Shown piece by piece: positions 26,193 through 39,559 of a DNA stretch of 64,000 bases. Below the pieces are notes generated by a model that worked only from the letters and a program-made list of their open reading frames with translations, was not told the origin of the DNA and did not search any database. The stretch is from Octopus vulgaris. Its lineage: Eukaryota. The stretch spans positions 120,590,001-120,654,000 of the forward strand of contig OX597816.1 in the NCBI GenBank assembly GCA_951406725.2. The letters run 5' to 3'. The position numbers and the translations under genes were made by a program. Numbering within the stretch: position 1 is the first letter of the stretch; every line of letters begins with the position of its first letter.

Positions 26193-27586
26193 TAAAGGAT
26201 TACCGTCTTTCATAATCAAGATATTGGCAGGTGTAGTTAGTATATTAAGCTTCTTAGTTATCCATAAATTCCATTTGCTACCGCCTGCATTGTTATATTT
26301 TTTGTCTCTCAACGATTTTCTATTTCATAATGGCATCATTTTCTCTTTATCTCTGACTTAAAACGATATTTCTTCGAGTATTTTTAAAGAATTATATCTC
26401 TGGGATGTGAAAGAATAACAAAAAAATATTTGATTTTATACTTGATAATTTGTTAAGACTTTTCAAATTCACAATAAGAAACTGGATGAAAAAGTTCTGA
26501 ATCTTCATCTTCTAAAACTACTGAAATTTTATTTGATAATACGAATACGAAGATTAGGATGCTGAAATACTAACTCCTTATCTTTTTTTCCCTTGTTTTC
26601 GAGGTGGATTTCTAGACTTCTTCATCGATATTGTTGATGTTCCTTTTTCATGATTGGGCTTTTGATATCTGAGATGAATAGCGTAGCATAAAATCACAAG
26701 TGAAGCATCCTTTCTCTAGAAGTCATTGTTGAATTCGCCTTTCTTTCTCGTTCTTCTTTGCTTTAGCATTTTCATTCCGAATGTGATCAATAGAAATGTC
26801 TCCTTCAATTCTACTTTTTAATAGAAGTGGTCAAATATCCACAAGAAATAGCCATAAAATGAGAAATACTTGCTTCTTTCAACTTTTAAATAATAATTTT
26901 CTTCATTTGAACAAAACAAGGGAATCTCTGCGTGGTCGCGTGACATTCTAGAAATAGTAACCTTATCTTCCACATGTCGGATCTCAGCGTTTTAAACAAA
27001 GGACATATAAGACAGTATATTCTAAATATTCTTCCAAATACAGGTTATCAGGAATTGAATATCTTTGTTCATAGGTCAGCCCAATGAAGGTCGGCCTTGT
27101 GCTAAACAACAACGTCAACACCGCAATTTTGCAATAAAGGAGTATAGTCGATGGAACTGAATGCAGTGTGTTACTAGAAATTATCTTATTGACACAAGAA
27201 GAATGTAGGATTATATCGATTACAGTATGACTTGAACACAAAGCATAAAAAATTGTCGTTAAAACATTGAAAGACGGGTGATTTTGTCTGATGCCCTACA
27301 GATTCAGTCGCTCTATCGACTTCTATGAATTTACTTGATTGCTTCTATTAGAACAAAACATTTATAGAGGAGGTGTAGTCCGTTGCATCAACGGTCATAG
27401 TGAAATGAATGTAAAATCGGCCTAAACACATAGACATACACACACAGACACACACAGACAGACACGGACACACAGATACAGATACACACACGTGCGCGCG
27501 CACCTACGCACACATACAGAAGTATATATATATGAACGTATATATAACTGTATATATATATACATACATACACACACACACACACA

Positions 27587-27640
<54 letters not shown>

Positions 27641-27899
27641 TGACGAAGGGGGACTTGGAAACTAGGGCATGCAGTCCATGATGCAGGTCAATCACCAAGG
27701 CAGGGAGTGGGGTAGTGGAGCCTTACTCTCCCCATTCCTGAAAACTATTCACCTTCCCTGTCTGTGTATACGATATGAACTAATTTTAATTTGAAAAAAT
27801 GCACTTTTTCCAACAAGCCATGCTTCGGGCTTGATACTGCTCTCATCTGGACATGATGGTTCCCCATTAGCTTGTCATGATGACCGTTATTGGTTACAA

Positions 27900-30000
27900 G
27901 AAAAACCTGAGAAAGTAACAGAACCTACATATAATAAGCTGGCTAAAATTTATTTGTAAATCGGTTCAATTTTTTCGTTTCGTTTTGGCAAATTCATCGA
28001 CCACTTTGCTCTAAAAGGTATCAGTATACCGCTATACCTTCAGAGTCAACAATTCAACAAATTTCAATTCCAGGTTTAAAACAATGGTGTTTTAAATCTT
28101 TGCTGAACGTGAACAATAATTTTATGCAAACTATCATTAAACAAAGTTCTCAAAACAACTTCTGGTTCTTGATGTCGACCACGCTTCACTGGTGTTTCAG
28201 CGACACCATCCAAAACTTCACACTAAACTTCTTCGAAATTATTGTTCTTGATATAGTAGTGAAACCTAGGATTTGAACCCTTTTCATTAAATTATCAGTT
28301 CACTATCATAAGTAAGCCACAGTGGAGCATGCGGTCTTAACTTGAACACTCTATCGACCAATCAGTTTTCAGGAGAACAGACAACTAGTTAGAATATCAT
28401 CTCAAGTGTCCTTGAGACTCGCGCCTTTTCTCCAGTTAAGCAGTTTAGCGCTAAATAAATCAGAACTGTCATGTCATTCGAAGAGAACACAACTCGGCTC
28501 CCACCAAGCAGATGAAAGACAAAGTTTCAACAAGATTCGGCGATCTAGCATCTTGAAAATAACTTATGGCCGAGCAATCATAGTTAAGTTTATCCTTATA
28601 TTCTTGTCCTTCTACCAGTGAAGATTTGATAATCTATGTATGTATTCATATTCATCCTTCCCTTTAAAAAAAAACCTTGTGTTAGATGTTCGCCAGTTTT
28701 GCTTCTGTTCGCAATATACGCAAATAGCCTAATCTTAAACCACGATTAATACAATTACACTTACCGCGACAATGTGAATCAATTGCTTTTTTGAAGTTCT
28801 CAACCTCGCGAATACACCTCGAAATATCAAGTGAACTTTCTTGAAGACTCAAAAGAAAAATCTCTGAGCCACTCAGAGTTTCAAAAACTACTAATTAAAA
28901 TTTAAACTGAAATTCTTTTAGGATTGCAACGAATCCCCTTTCCTGTGCTAATTCTGAAGCATTCGAATCCTCTGGATTTTCTAATATTGTTAAATATAGC
29001 CAAGAAAACTCAGTAATTTCGTTAGACAAAATGGACACTTGTCGACATGAATAATTCCAACGTGTCTTAGGCATCTTTGGAAATCGCCTTCCAACGATTT
29101 TATCTAGTAAGGCTATTCGAGACGTCGATTTTGAGAAAAAGTTGAAATTCCTTTTAGAGGTTGGAAGAAAATTCGACATTCATTAATACTTGAAGCCGAT
29201 TGCGAGGGTACCAAATTAAGTGAATGTGCGTAACAATGTACAAATATGGCGGTCGCACCAAAACTCTTTCTTCTTGCTTACACTTCAAGTGTATGAGATA
29301 AAGTTTTGGCCACGATTGAACTCATAAACAAATTTGCGAACTTCTGTCAGCGATGCAACTTTTCTATCTTTGCTGACATCGACGTATCTCAAAAACCTTT
29401 CTCGAGGTTTTTCCTTCACATCAACAAATCGCAAGACTCGTAACAATTGAGATTTCATTCCAAGTCTCTTCAAACATAACAACAAATAATGATTTTTTTC
29501 AGTCATAGCCTTTTATTTCACCTTCGATTGTAGCAGCAATATAATTAATGATTTCGTTTTCAATATTCAGTAAAAAATCCAGAAAATGTGCAGTTGGCAT
29601 TTTTCTTTACGAAATCTGAATGCAATCTTAAACAATCATTGTATTCCGATACTGCCTCATATGTAGTCAGAAAATTACCCTTAGTGTTTAATTCTTCTGT
29701 TTCATTATGTCCTCCAAATTTTAATTCTTGACAAGTGAAAATTTCAATACAATAGATTAACCGTTTCACTATATCATGATCAATTATGAAACTGGATTGA
29801 AGCTACTTTCCAGAGGTCGGTCGCTGTATCAATTCGTTGTCAGCCAAAGGCTTTCATAGTAATTACGGTATTCAGATGGTTTTGAATTTTTTGTGTTTTG
29901 TCTAAGATATAACCAATTTATGCAAATCACAGTAGACAATAGTTATCTATGTCTTCTTATGCTGACAAAATAACAAATACGGAAAAACAGAGCAATTTGT
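27900..30000 (-). mobile_element. Degenerate hAT transposase (ZMYM1/Tip100-like)
   Basis: QELKFGGHNE..NTKGNF, SQL..VLRFVD..PRERFL and FFSKSTSR..TRWNY motifs in successive broken ORFs. Confidence 0.75.
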
Positions 30001-30283
30001 CCAGAATGGGACATCTCGTCATCCAATCATAATATTCATAATACTTGGAATCAAAATAATGATGGCATTCCTAGCTGCCCACTTTGGTTTTCCTTTCAAT
30101 TCAAGCTTTGGCTTCTCCTTTCCGAGAGAGTTGTAGAAGCAGACGGACAGAAGAATTAAGAAGGGGCGAGAAAAAATGACAGGGACATAGTGAAGTGAAA
30201 AGTGGAAGGAAAGTGAGTAAGAAGAGAAGGCAAAGAAATGTGAGAGAGGGGCAACGAAAGAACGAAGAGTGGAATGAACGAAC

Positions 30284-30353
<70 letters not shown>

Positions 30354-30385
30354 TTTATTTTAAGCAGCAGAAAATTCAACAAAAT

Positions 30386-30423
30386 CTGTTACTCTGAGTT
30401 TCTCGTTGCCGTTCATCAGACAG
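30386..30423 (-). ncRNA. Minimal type I hammerhead ribozyme (mirror copy, GCAA tetraloop intact)
   Basis: Reverse complement ctgt-CTGATGA-a-cg-GCAA-cg-a-GAAA-ctcagag-TA-acag. Confidence 0.75.
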
Positions 30424-30439
30424 TTTTTGCTAGAAAAAA

Positions 30440-30477
30440 CTGTCTGATGAACGACAACGAGAAACTCAGAGTAACAG
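30440..30477 (+). ncRNA. Minimal type I hammerhead ribozyme
   Basis: ctgt-CTGATGA-acgacaacga-GAAA-ctcagag-TA-acag; stem I ctgt/acag; GUA triplet ends at 30473. Confidence 0.75.
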
Positions 30478-30578
30478 ATTTTTTGAATTTTCTGCTGCTT
30501 AAAATAAAGCATATTACTCTACCACTGGTATTTGAGTACTCTTTTTTCCACCTTGTTTCACATTTATGTGTTTACTCC

Positions 30579-30646
<68 letters not shown>

Positions 30647-30909
30647 CATACATACACACATATAACTCTTTTTGGTGATTAACAAAAATTTTAATTGACT
30701 TGTGGTATTGAGCTACACCTCTTTGTGTTCAGAGTTTCATCGTTTTGATTAAATTAATACCAACTAATTATGGCTAGCGTCGATTCAATTTTTTGTACCT
30801 TCGAAAATGTGTAGCGTTGTGCCTACTTTAAAACTATCTATGAACAGTAGTCGAGAAATTTTGATGTCTTTCTGAAGGCATTTATCTCTTTATATAACTG
30901 CACAAATGT

Positions 30910-31119
30910 CTAGTGCCATCCCAAGATGAAGTTGCTTCTGAATTCAACATAATAATTTTTTTCCTTTGCTGCAAAATGCGAAAGACGTTTTCCAAGATAG
31001 TCCAACAAGTCTGGCATGTATCCATATATTTTGTAAGGTATCCTCCCGCTGCCTTTTCTGTCGTCACCATAATGAGTTATACTCCATGGACCTGGTTCAT
31101 TTCGTGTCATTTTCATTCC
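30910..31119 (-). CDS. Candidate terminal coding exon, unknown protein
   Basis: Non-repetitive open frame GMKMTRNEPGPWSITHYGDDRKGSGRIPYKIYGYMPDLLDYLGKR..ILGWH-stop, preceded by acceptor-like tctcctagttcag; no homolog recognised. Confidence 0.3.
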   Translation of the reverse strand, partial: GMKMTRNEPGPWSITHYGDDRKGSGRIPYKIYGYMPDLLDYLGKRLSHFAAKEKNYYVEFRSNFILGWH

Positions 31120-31651
31120 CTGAACTAGGAGATTTTGATACTTTTAATAATAATTCATTCACATTAATTGTTATACGTATATACGCACACACACACACAT
31201 ACACGCACACACGTACACGCACACACATATGTAACAGATAATGTAAATGTGAACATATATATACATACATATATGTGTGTATATGTATGTATTAATACGT
31301 TTATTCACATACCTGTGCGTGCATGTGTGTTTGAAAATGTGTATGGTTATGTGTGTATCTCTGTATGTGAGAGAGAGGGGAGGGGAGAGAGAAGGGAAGG
31401 AGTGAGAGAGGGAAGAAGAGAGAGAGGGAAGGAGAGAGATTCTCTAAGAAAGAGAAAATCGAAAACGAAGTAACTGCTACTCACCTGCTGATGGTTGTTT
31501 AATCATGCGCACAGTAGTTATAAGTAGTAAGTATTTCCTTCAAGAGTAGAACATTAAAATATCTTTTTTTAGCCTGTTCAAAGCTTACTACTCAAAAAAA
31601 CGCATTTATTGATATATAATTGTCTATCAGTCTGTCTTGTCCTCTCACTTC

Positions 31652-31691
<40 letters not shown>

Positions 31692-31748
31692 GTATATGTA
31701 TATATATATATATATATGTATATACACACACACATACATACATGCTTG

Positions 31749-31814
<66 letters not shown>

Positions 31815-32266
31815 ATACATATGTTATATATATGTCATATACATTTATATAACATACATCTATATATGTATATCCTATAGATTACATAGTTCATATTTAT
31901 GTATTTATGTCCATATATAAAAACATATATATATATATATATATATATATACATTCATATATACATTCATATATATTTATGTCTATGTGTGTATGTATAT
32001 GAGTATCTATGCATGTATATGTGTATACATGAATACTTATGTGTATGTATACATATTATGTATGTGTGAATATTATGTATGCATGCATGCATGCATGTAT
32101 GTATGAATGCATGTATGTATGTATGTATGTATGTATGTATGTATGTATGTAGGTAGGTAGGTAGGTAGGTAGGTAAGTAGGTAGTAGATAGGTAGGTAGA
32201 TAGCTAGCTAGCTAGGTATCTATTGTCTGTCTGTCTGTCTATCTACCTATCTATCTATCTAGATAT

Positions 32267-32483
32267 TGTTGTGTCTGGGGAGAGTCATTTTCTTTTCGTG
32301 CATTATAATTTAACACACGCAACCTTTTCAATAGTCTTGAATCTCAAGAAAGACAAGATTACTGAAAAAGTTGCAAGACGCAACGGAAATTTTAGGAAAA
32401 TAAAAATAAGGAATAAGTGGAAATTTTACCGGTGTGTTAAGTTATATGACACAAAAAGAAAATGAGTCTCTCCAGACACAACA
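32267..32483. repeat. Fold-back element (family also at 45302-45574)
   Basis: Arms tgttgtgtctggggagagtcattttc.. / ..gaaaatgagtctctccagacacaaca; inner gcaaccttttca/tgaaaaagttgc. Confidence 0.8.
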
Positions 32484-32544
32484 GATTATGCTTCAACACA
32501 CGAACTCACATAAATAATCTTGCAAACCAAATCCCAAAACGAAA

Positions 32545-32576
<32 letters not shown>

Positions 32577-32647
32577 AGTATTCATGTATACACATATACT
32601 CACATACATACACACATAGACATGAATATATACATACATACATACTT

Positions 32648-32698
<51 letters not shown>

Positions 32699-33133
32699 CT
32701 TGAACTCTCAACCTTGAACTTGTTCGCATAAACTGTCCCGTTTGTTGTATTTTTATTTTCTCATATATTACCACTTTTTTACATTCATTTCATGCTTTCC
32801 ACAGTTTCCTGCATTTTTGTTCTCCTTTCCGTCTTTCTTCCCTCTCTGGATGTCCATACTCTGTTTCCTCTGCCTGCACCCCCTTTTTGCCTCCCCTCTC
32901 TCTGCTTCCCTTCTTTCTTTCCCTTTTCCGTTTGCCCCGTCTTTTTTGCCCCTATCGCTTACTTATCTAGTTTTTTCATACGATTATTATTTTTTTGTTT
33001 TTTTTTAACGTTTGTTTTTTCCCCTTTTTTTTCGCTATCCTTTTTTATCTATTCTTTTCGTACGATAATTTTTTGTTTTTTGTTTTTTGTTTTTTTGTTT
33101 TTTCGAACGTTTGTTTTTTTCCGCTATCCCATC

Positions 33134-34672
33134 ATGCCGGATCCTAGGTCCTACCTCCTCACCCTCCATCATCGTTTGAAGGATCATCTCCGTTCTCTCC
33201 CCGTATACTGCCTTCAGCCGTCCGTTAATCTCTCTCTACTTCTTTTTAAAAAAACCCGCTTCTCTAGCCATGTCTCTTTCCTAAGCCGCTGCCTACATCA
33301 CCGACTCATCCCTAAAGGTTTCCGCCTCCACTTCCACCCTGCTCTCCACTCGGATTCTTCCATCTTACCCATACTCCGCACCACTTCTTACCGCCTTATG
33401 CGGGCCACAATTCGCTCCAATCTCCCTAAACTACATACCATCAACCGCCTTCTTCCTCCTGCTTTCTCCACATTCTTCTCCTCTCTGCCGCCTCTCTATG
33501 CTCCAAACACGCTACGCTTCATTATTCATTTGAATCACCTCTTCCATCAATTTCTTTCTGATACCAAACTTCGTAAACTCCAATCACTCTTCCATTCCAC
33601 CCTACCCGACGCCACTACCCCAACTCCTCCACTACCCTTCTCCCCTCCCAATAGGCTCCATCCACCAACACCTAACCCCACTGCCCCTCCCTACAACCCC
33701 TTCTCCCCTCCTGATAGGCTCCATCCACCTACACCTAACCCCCCCCCACACACACCTCCCCAATCCCTCCCCCTCAGACCTCCACGAGACCTACCACCCC
33801 TCCTACTTCTATTCCACCCACCCCTTCTCCACTTCCGTCTGTTGTTACCATTCCCCCCGATCTTCCCCTCTCTGCGGCTGAACGCTCCGTCCTTGGTAGG
33901 GGTCTGCGTTTCATCCCCCTCACTCCATCCTGTAAGGAATTCCAGACGCGAGTTGATGTCCACAGCTTTGTGCGCCGCGTCCGGTTGGGTGCGCATTACC
34001 ACGACTCGCCACCCACACCCAACGAAGAGGACTGCTTCACTGGCCTGGGCCGCCGACCATCCCCGTGGACGCCTGTCCCTGGCCAGTTCCTAGCAGTGGA
34101 TCTTTTCGCGGGCGCTTGTCAGCGTGCATTGGAGCGGTTCAACTTCTTCAGGCGCCAACGCCGCCTCAACATCTCCCCGGCTGAGCTCTTGGTTCTTCGT
34201 TCCCCAAACCGGCTGACAAGGGTGGAGCTGTAGTGGTGTGGCGCGCGGACCTCTATAAGGCCGAGGCTTTCCGCCAACTCAATGGCACCTCCTTCTACTC
34301 CCCTCTGCCCACTAACCCCACACGTAGCTACCAACAGACGGTATCCTCTACTGTCCGCGACCTCATCTCGTCCTCCCGTCTCCCCCACACCGCATCCAAC
34401 CTAATTGTGCGAACCCCACGTACCCCCACCATTTACTTCCTCCCCAAAATCCACAAACCCAACAACCCTGGCCGCCCCATCGTCTCCACCTGTAACTGCC
34501 CCACGGAGCTCATCTCTAAATACCTCGACCGTGTCCTTTCCCCCCCTAGTGGCATCTCTTCCCTTCCACATCCACGATACCAACCATGCTCTCCGGCTTT
34601 TCAACTCTTTCTCCTTTCCTCCCGGCTCCTCCAAAATCCTTTTTACTATGGACATCCAAAGCCTCTATACTT
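33134..34672 (+). mobile_element. Penelope-like element: N-terminus and RT start, frameshifted and 3'-truncated
   Basis: HVSFLSRCL..LIPKGF, ADKGGAVVVW, YFLPKIHKPNNPGRPIVS, LFTMDIQSLYT are PLE RT motifs; internal Pro-rich ~63-bp tandem repeat at ~33630-33745. Confidence 0.9.
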
Positions 34673-34789
34673 CGCGAACTACTGAAAGATGCAATAGTAA
34701 CACATATACACAAGAGGTAGTAGAGCTGAAGCTAAAAATTACAGACCTCATTCCCTCATATCTCACACATCTGAGTCTTTTGATAACAT

Positions 34790-35065
34790 ACTAAAAGTTT
34801 TATCTAAAGACTCGGAATTTTTATCATAATGAAAGAGATCAAAAGCAAAAACAGCCTACGGATTCAAGACGGTCAAATGTTCGCCTCCCAACCCATTACT
34901 ACAACCCTTCGAAGATGACTTATTCACAATGAACAAGCAAATAAAATTCAACAAGCGAAGCAACGAAGTGCAGAAAGTACTGAAGAACTGAAAATTAGCT
35001 CATATATATTTATAAAATCGGGCACGAAAAAACTAGCCTGTACCAGATAAGTCAAATAACGTATA
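34790..35065 (+). mobile_element. Fragment of a second PLE lineage (N-terminal region)
   Basis: YGFKTVKCSPP..LQPFEDDLF..IKF...VPDKSNN. Confidence 0.55.
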
Positions 35066-35084
35066 ACCATTTTCTTTCTGCAAC

Positions 35085-35232
35085 TGGTGCAGGAAGGCTG
35101 TGTGGTAAGAAGTTAGTTTCTAGGTTCAGTCCTACTGCGTGGCACCTAGGGCAAATGTCTTTTACTATAGCCTCGATCCGACCAAAGCCTTGTGAGTGGA
35201 TTTGTCAGAGGGAAACCGCAGAAGCCAGTCGT
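35085..35232 (+). mobile_element. SINE family A, 5' part
   Basis: ggtgcaggaaggctgtgtggtaagaag..ggttcagtcc..ccaaagccttgtgagtggatttg. Confidence 0.8.
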
Positions 35233-35289
35233 ATATGAATTAAATGGATGGCTTATTAGCAATTTGAACTTAAAGGCTTCTATTAATTT

Positions 35290-35372
<83 letters not shown>

Positions 35373-36391
35373 ATATATATATATATATATTCACACATAT
35401 ATGTACATACATGTATGTGTGTGTTTGCGTCAGTGTTTGTTTCCCATCGCCGCAGGCATAAAATCTTAAAAACAGTAAAACATTTGAAACCAATAATTTT
35501 TTCTAACGGATAAACATGTAAATACCTCACCATCTTCTCTCCTTCCACATACACCATAAATCATCCCCATAATATACATAAAAAGCATGTTTAAAGTTTT
35601 ACACAAAAGAGCTACTATAGAAATTATCTAAAAATGTCCCTATTTCCAAGCAAAATCCTCACAAAAGATGTTCTAATATAAATCCACAAGCATAAATACA
35701 CACATATAAATATATATTTACGTGCAAGCAAGTTGGAAGAGTCTTTCCTATATTTAATTCTTCTTTAAATTTTTAAATCAATTTTTCAAAATAAATTTCA
35801 TTCCCATTTTTATTCGTGTATATACACACTTTTTATAATGCTTCATTTTCGCATATATTCACAGGAGGCCTAATATGATATATCATAAAATACCCATGTT
35901 TGAAACTGAGTTGAAAATATATTTATAAACACATAGTCCTCAAATTCTGCCTTCATAAAACACAAAGGTTAGAATTTCTACACATTAGTCAAATTGCTTA
36001 TAGAACAATGAACCCCTAGAGAGGAACATATAGACCAACAACCTTAACACTTACCCACCTCTTGTGAACATCAAAACACAGGATAAACAAATTTCTGTTC
36101 TAACAACATAAAATGCCAGGCTAATAACTCCCACCTTCCAGATACAAATAGGAAGTACCCTAAATAACAATAATTAAAGAAACTGAGCAGCCAAAAAATA
36201 TCACCTTTTTACAAAAAAAAAAAAGCTAACAACTATTGTTGAGGTTTTGAATACGAGACTAAACTTTGAACCTTTGATCTTTGCATTTTCAAAGCAAAGG
36301 ATTAAATCCAATAAAAGCAAATATAACTAAAACTACTGGAATATTCTAGACCTACCCACATCCTTTTTGTGAACCTTCTAAAAACCAATCC

Positions 36392-36813
36392 GAATCTTTT
36401 CAGTTTGAACAGCAGTTTTTTCTAGCGGTGTCATATTAAATTGTCACCCATAATTATGACCCTAGTATCGATCTATTGCATTTCAATCTGTTTTAGGGTT
36501 AGGGTTAGTTAGGGTTAGTGGGGGAAGGGTATCTTTTTTTCTTCAGAAATGTAAATAAACCCAATCTGTTTCTTAAACGAGGGACATATTCATACGGCAC
36601 AGAATGTTTTCACCACAACAGACATCATTGATTGGTTGAAATTGAAGAAATCGAAGAAAAAAACAACAAATATCTCACAAACTATAGATTTTTCTCAGTA
36701 AAGCCAAGAGAAAAATATGTTTTATAAACACATTCTACCTGTATACGAAGTTTAAAAGTGTTTAGTTACGTGGAAATTATTTTAAAAAACTGCCGTTCAA
36801 ACCGAAAAGATCC
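36392..36813. mobile_element. MITE with ~30-bp TIRs, 8-bp TSD and internal TTAGGG repeats
   Basis: TIRs gaatcttttcagtttgaacagcagtttttt / aaaaaactgccgttcaaaccgaaaagatcc; exact TSD accaatcc at 36384-36391 and 36814-36821. Confidence 0.9.
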
Positions 36814-37434
36814 ACCAATCCAATGATCTAAATGGAACATGCCTAAGCATACACACCTGCTTACAAAGTTCTACATACATAAATAAATCCTAAACAGCGA
36901 CACAACCCCAAATTTAATCAATAAAAATTTCTCTAAAACACCTCTCTACTACAAACCACCCTACAACCTAGTTACCACTCCACTCAAACCTACACACCTA
37001 AGTAAGATTTTAACTCACAGAGACTATATAAAGTTAAGATTAACTTAAACACATTGCAGTCCGCCGATGGCTTACCTGGTCGGAAGTTCGAAACTGTCTT
37101 TGATCTTAGTTTTTAAGATGACTCAGAGAGTCCACTTCAAAATCCACTCGTTCAAATTCAATGAAGTTTTCTCATAAGTTTCTGGGAGAATAATTATCCC
37201 TTTCAGATTAGCTTTGAGCCTATCTTTCTGCCTTAGTCAAAGTTTTCCCATGCTTCTATAGCTCTTTGGGACAGTAATAAAGTTAGCTGCACGACAGATG
37301 CGAAGAATGGAACATTTCTTCCTGGAATCTGTGGAAATGGTGAAACGGTTAAAGAACAACTGCCTCGATATCTGTAGGTTCCCTACCTTGATTATAAATT
37401 CACAGTTTTACGAATAATTATTGGAGTATTTTGT

Positions 37435-37768
37435 TAGGTGCATAGCTAAGTGGTTAGAGCGTCGGGCTTACAATTGTGAGGTTCTGAGTTCGACTCCCGG
37501 ACCGGGCTGTGTGTTGTGTTGTTAAGCAAGGTATTTTATTTCACGTTGCTTCAGTTCACTCAGCTGTAGGAATGAGTTGCGACGTTCTGTTGCTAAGCTG
37601 TATCAGCCTTTACCTGCCCCTAGGACAACAACGGTGGCATGGACAGAGGAAACTGGTATAAATGGGCGATTGCTGGTCTTCCACAAACAACCTTGCCCGG
37701 ACTTGTTCCTCTGAAGGAAACTTTCTAGGAGCAATCCCATGGTCAGTCATGACCAAAGGGAGATCTTT
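37435..37768 (+). mobile_element. tRNA-derived SINE family B (CORE-like central domain)
   Basis: A box tagctaagtgg, B box gagttcgactc, then gtgttgtgtt..gcaagg..cagttcactcagctgta; tail caatcccatggtca.tcatgacc. Confidence 0.8.
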
Positions 37769-37993
37769 ATCATTTATTTGGTTGTTACAAGATGTTTATT
37801 TGATTGTTACAAGATGGCATGCTCAAAAAGCTAGGATTACCAGTCAAAGAAAGTGACCAACTAATACTTTACGATTAAAGTCTATAGATAGAATAGTTAA
37901 AGTATGCAATGCATTTCCATTTTTGATGTCCAAATTCCAACGATATAGCTTTGTTACTTTGTCAGAAAATAGCTCCTTGAAGGAAATCACACA

Positions 37994-38056
<63 letters not shown>

Positions 38057-39559
38057 GTATATGTATGTATATGTATGTATGTATGAATGTATGTATGCAT
38101 GTATGTAACTATGCATGTATGTAGGAATTACATATATTCGAAGGGTTTCCACACAGTTTCTGTCATATATACAAGAAATTATTTTACTCGAGTTTACTGT
38201 GGAACATATCAACTAGAAATGATACGCAGCGAGATTAAACCTAAATTCAAGTGGTTGTAATATATAATTATTAACCACACAACGTGTATCTGACTAGCAC
38301 TTCATTTTCGTTGATCTCTGTCTTAAACTCAAAACGTAAAGATTTTTAACTAAATATCACTCAACATTTTGTCCGATGTTTTACTGATTATTACAGTCTA
38401 CTAACGATCATGATCGTGGTGAGTGCCGGGCGATAGACCAGGTCGTTGAGACCACAATATATCTTCGATACGCATTTGAAACCATTTAACTTTATTTACT
38501 CATCCGATACTCTTGAGAAAGCCACGCGGCTTATAATAACATATTTCACCTGCTCTGAAACATAGGATACCGTGTCTATTCAAAAAGAATCTAATCAATA
38601 TTTATTGTACACTTGAATCGTAGGAAAGTCTTCAATGATAATACTGGTCCTTTTTTAAAAAAATCGATACACACACACGCGCATACATGCACACACACAT
38701 ATACATATAGATACATACATACACATACATATATACATACATATACATGCACATATGTATAAATATAAATTGTAGGCTTCGATCACACACGCACATACAC
38801 ACACGCACATACATACGTACATACATACATGCATACGTGCATACATACATACGCATACATACACACACACATACATACGCATACATACATACACATATTT
38901 ACTTATATGATTCGTTTGAAATATGAAGTGCCTACATATGTTCTTATGAGGTTAAACACGTAATTTATTTTGGGCTGAAGATAACATTGATTTTAATGAA
39001 ATTAATCGGCTTGTGCGCTCCATAAATAGAACAAATTCATTGAAACTAAGCGAAGCATTGAATATCGAACACCTATAAAAGTGTGTCTATTTGTGCAAAA
39101 CTAACATTTTTCTTCTCAGTGAATGATTTGAACAACGCCACTCAGAAATGCAACAACACAATATACAAAATGTATCCTTTGCTAGTAAATGACTGAACAC
39201 ATAGAAGTTGCTTCATTTATTTCTCTCCTTGAGCGCCAAATTATTCATACTTAAATTGTTTCGATAGTTTTGTCGTTACATTTCTGCCGTTCCTGTTCAA
39301 GTGCACGAAGTACACGCAACAGATTTTGCGTGCGTTTAGTTTCAGGTATATTAAATGAAAACTGTTTTTATTGATAGCAATTAGAGTTCTGGAGAATAAT
39401 TTCTATAAAGTGAGCTAACAAGTATCATTACTTTCGCTGAAGAAATTCATATATAAAATATTAGATGCGTGTATCTGTCATTGTTTCTAAAATATATGCA
39501 ATTGTTGTTTTATCTCTAGGTCAGCTCTGATTAATCAAACCTATTATCAAAGGTATTCC

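Larger units (their letters stand above)
30353..30509. repeat. Near-perfect palindrome, ~75-bp arms, 6-nt loop
   Basis: 30353-30428 vs 30435-30509 differ by one substitution and one 1-nt indel. Confidence 0.95.

Noticed and set aside
32792-33133. Hydrophobic Phe-rich start of the 433-aa ORF as a membrane protein
   Set aside because: T-rich low-complexity leader of the Penelope element; PLE similarity begins at MPDPRS, and the later Pro/Leu-rich part is frameshifted PLE sequence
36493-36523. Interstitial telomere or chromosome fusion site
   Set aside because: Only a few imperfect TTAGGG units, internal to a MITE with TIRs and a TSD
37060-37105. Hammerhead-like ccgatgg..gaaactgtc
   Set aside because: The core has two substitutions and there is no convincing stem I
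39100-39200. Plus-strand exon after ctaac..ttcttctcag
   Set aside because: Acceptor-like, but the frame is short, with no recognisable product and no good donor
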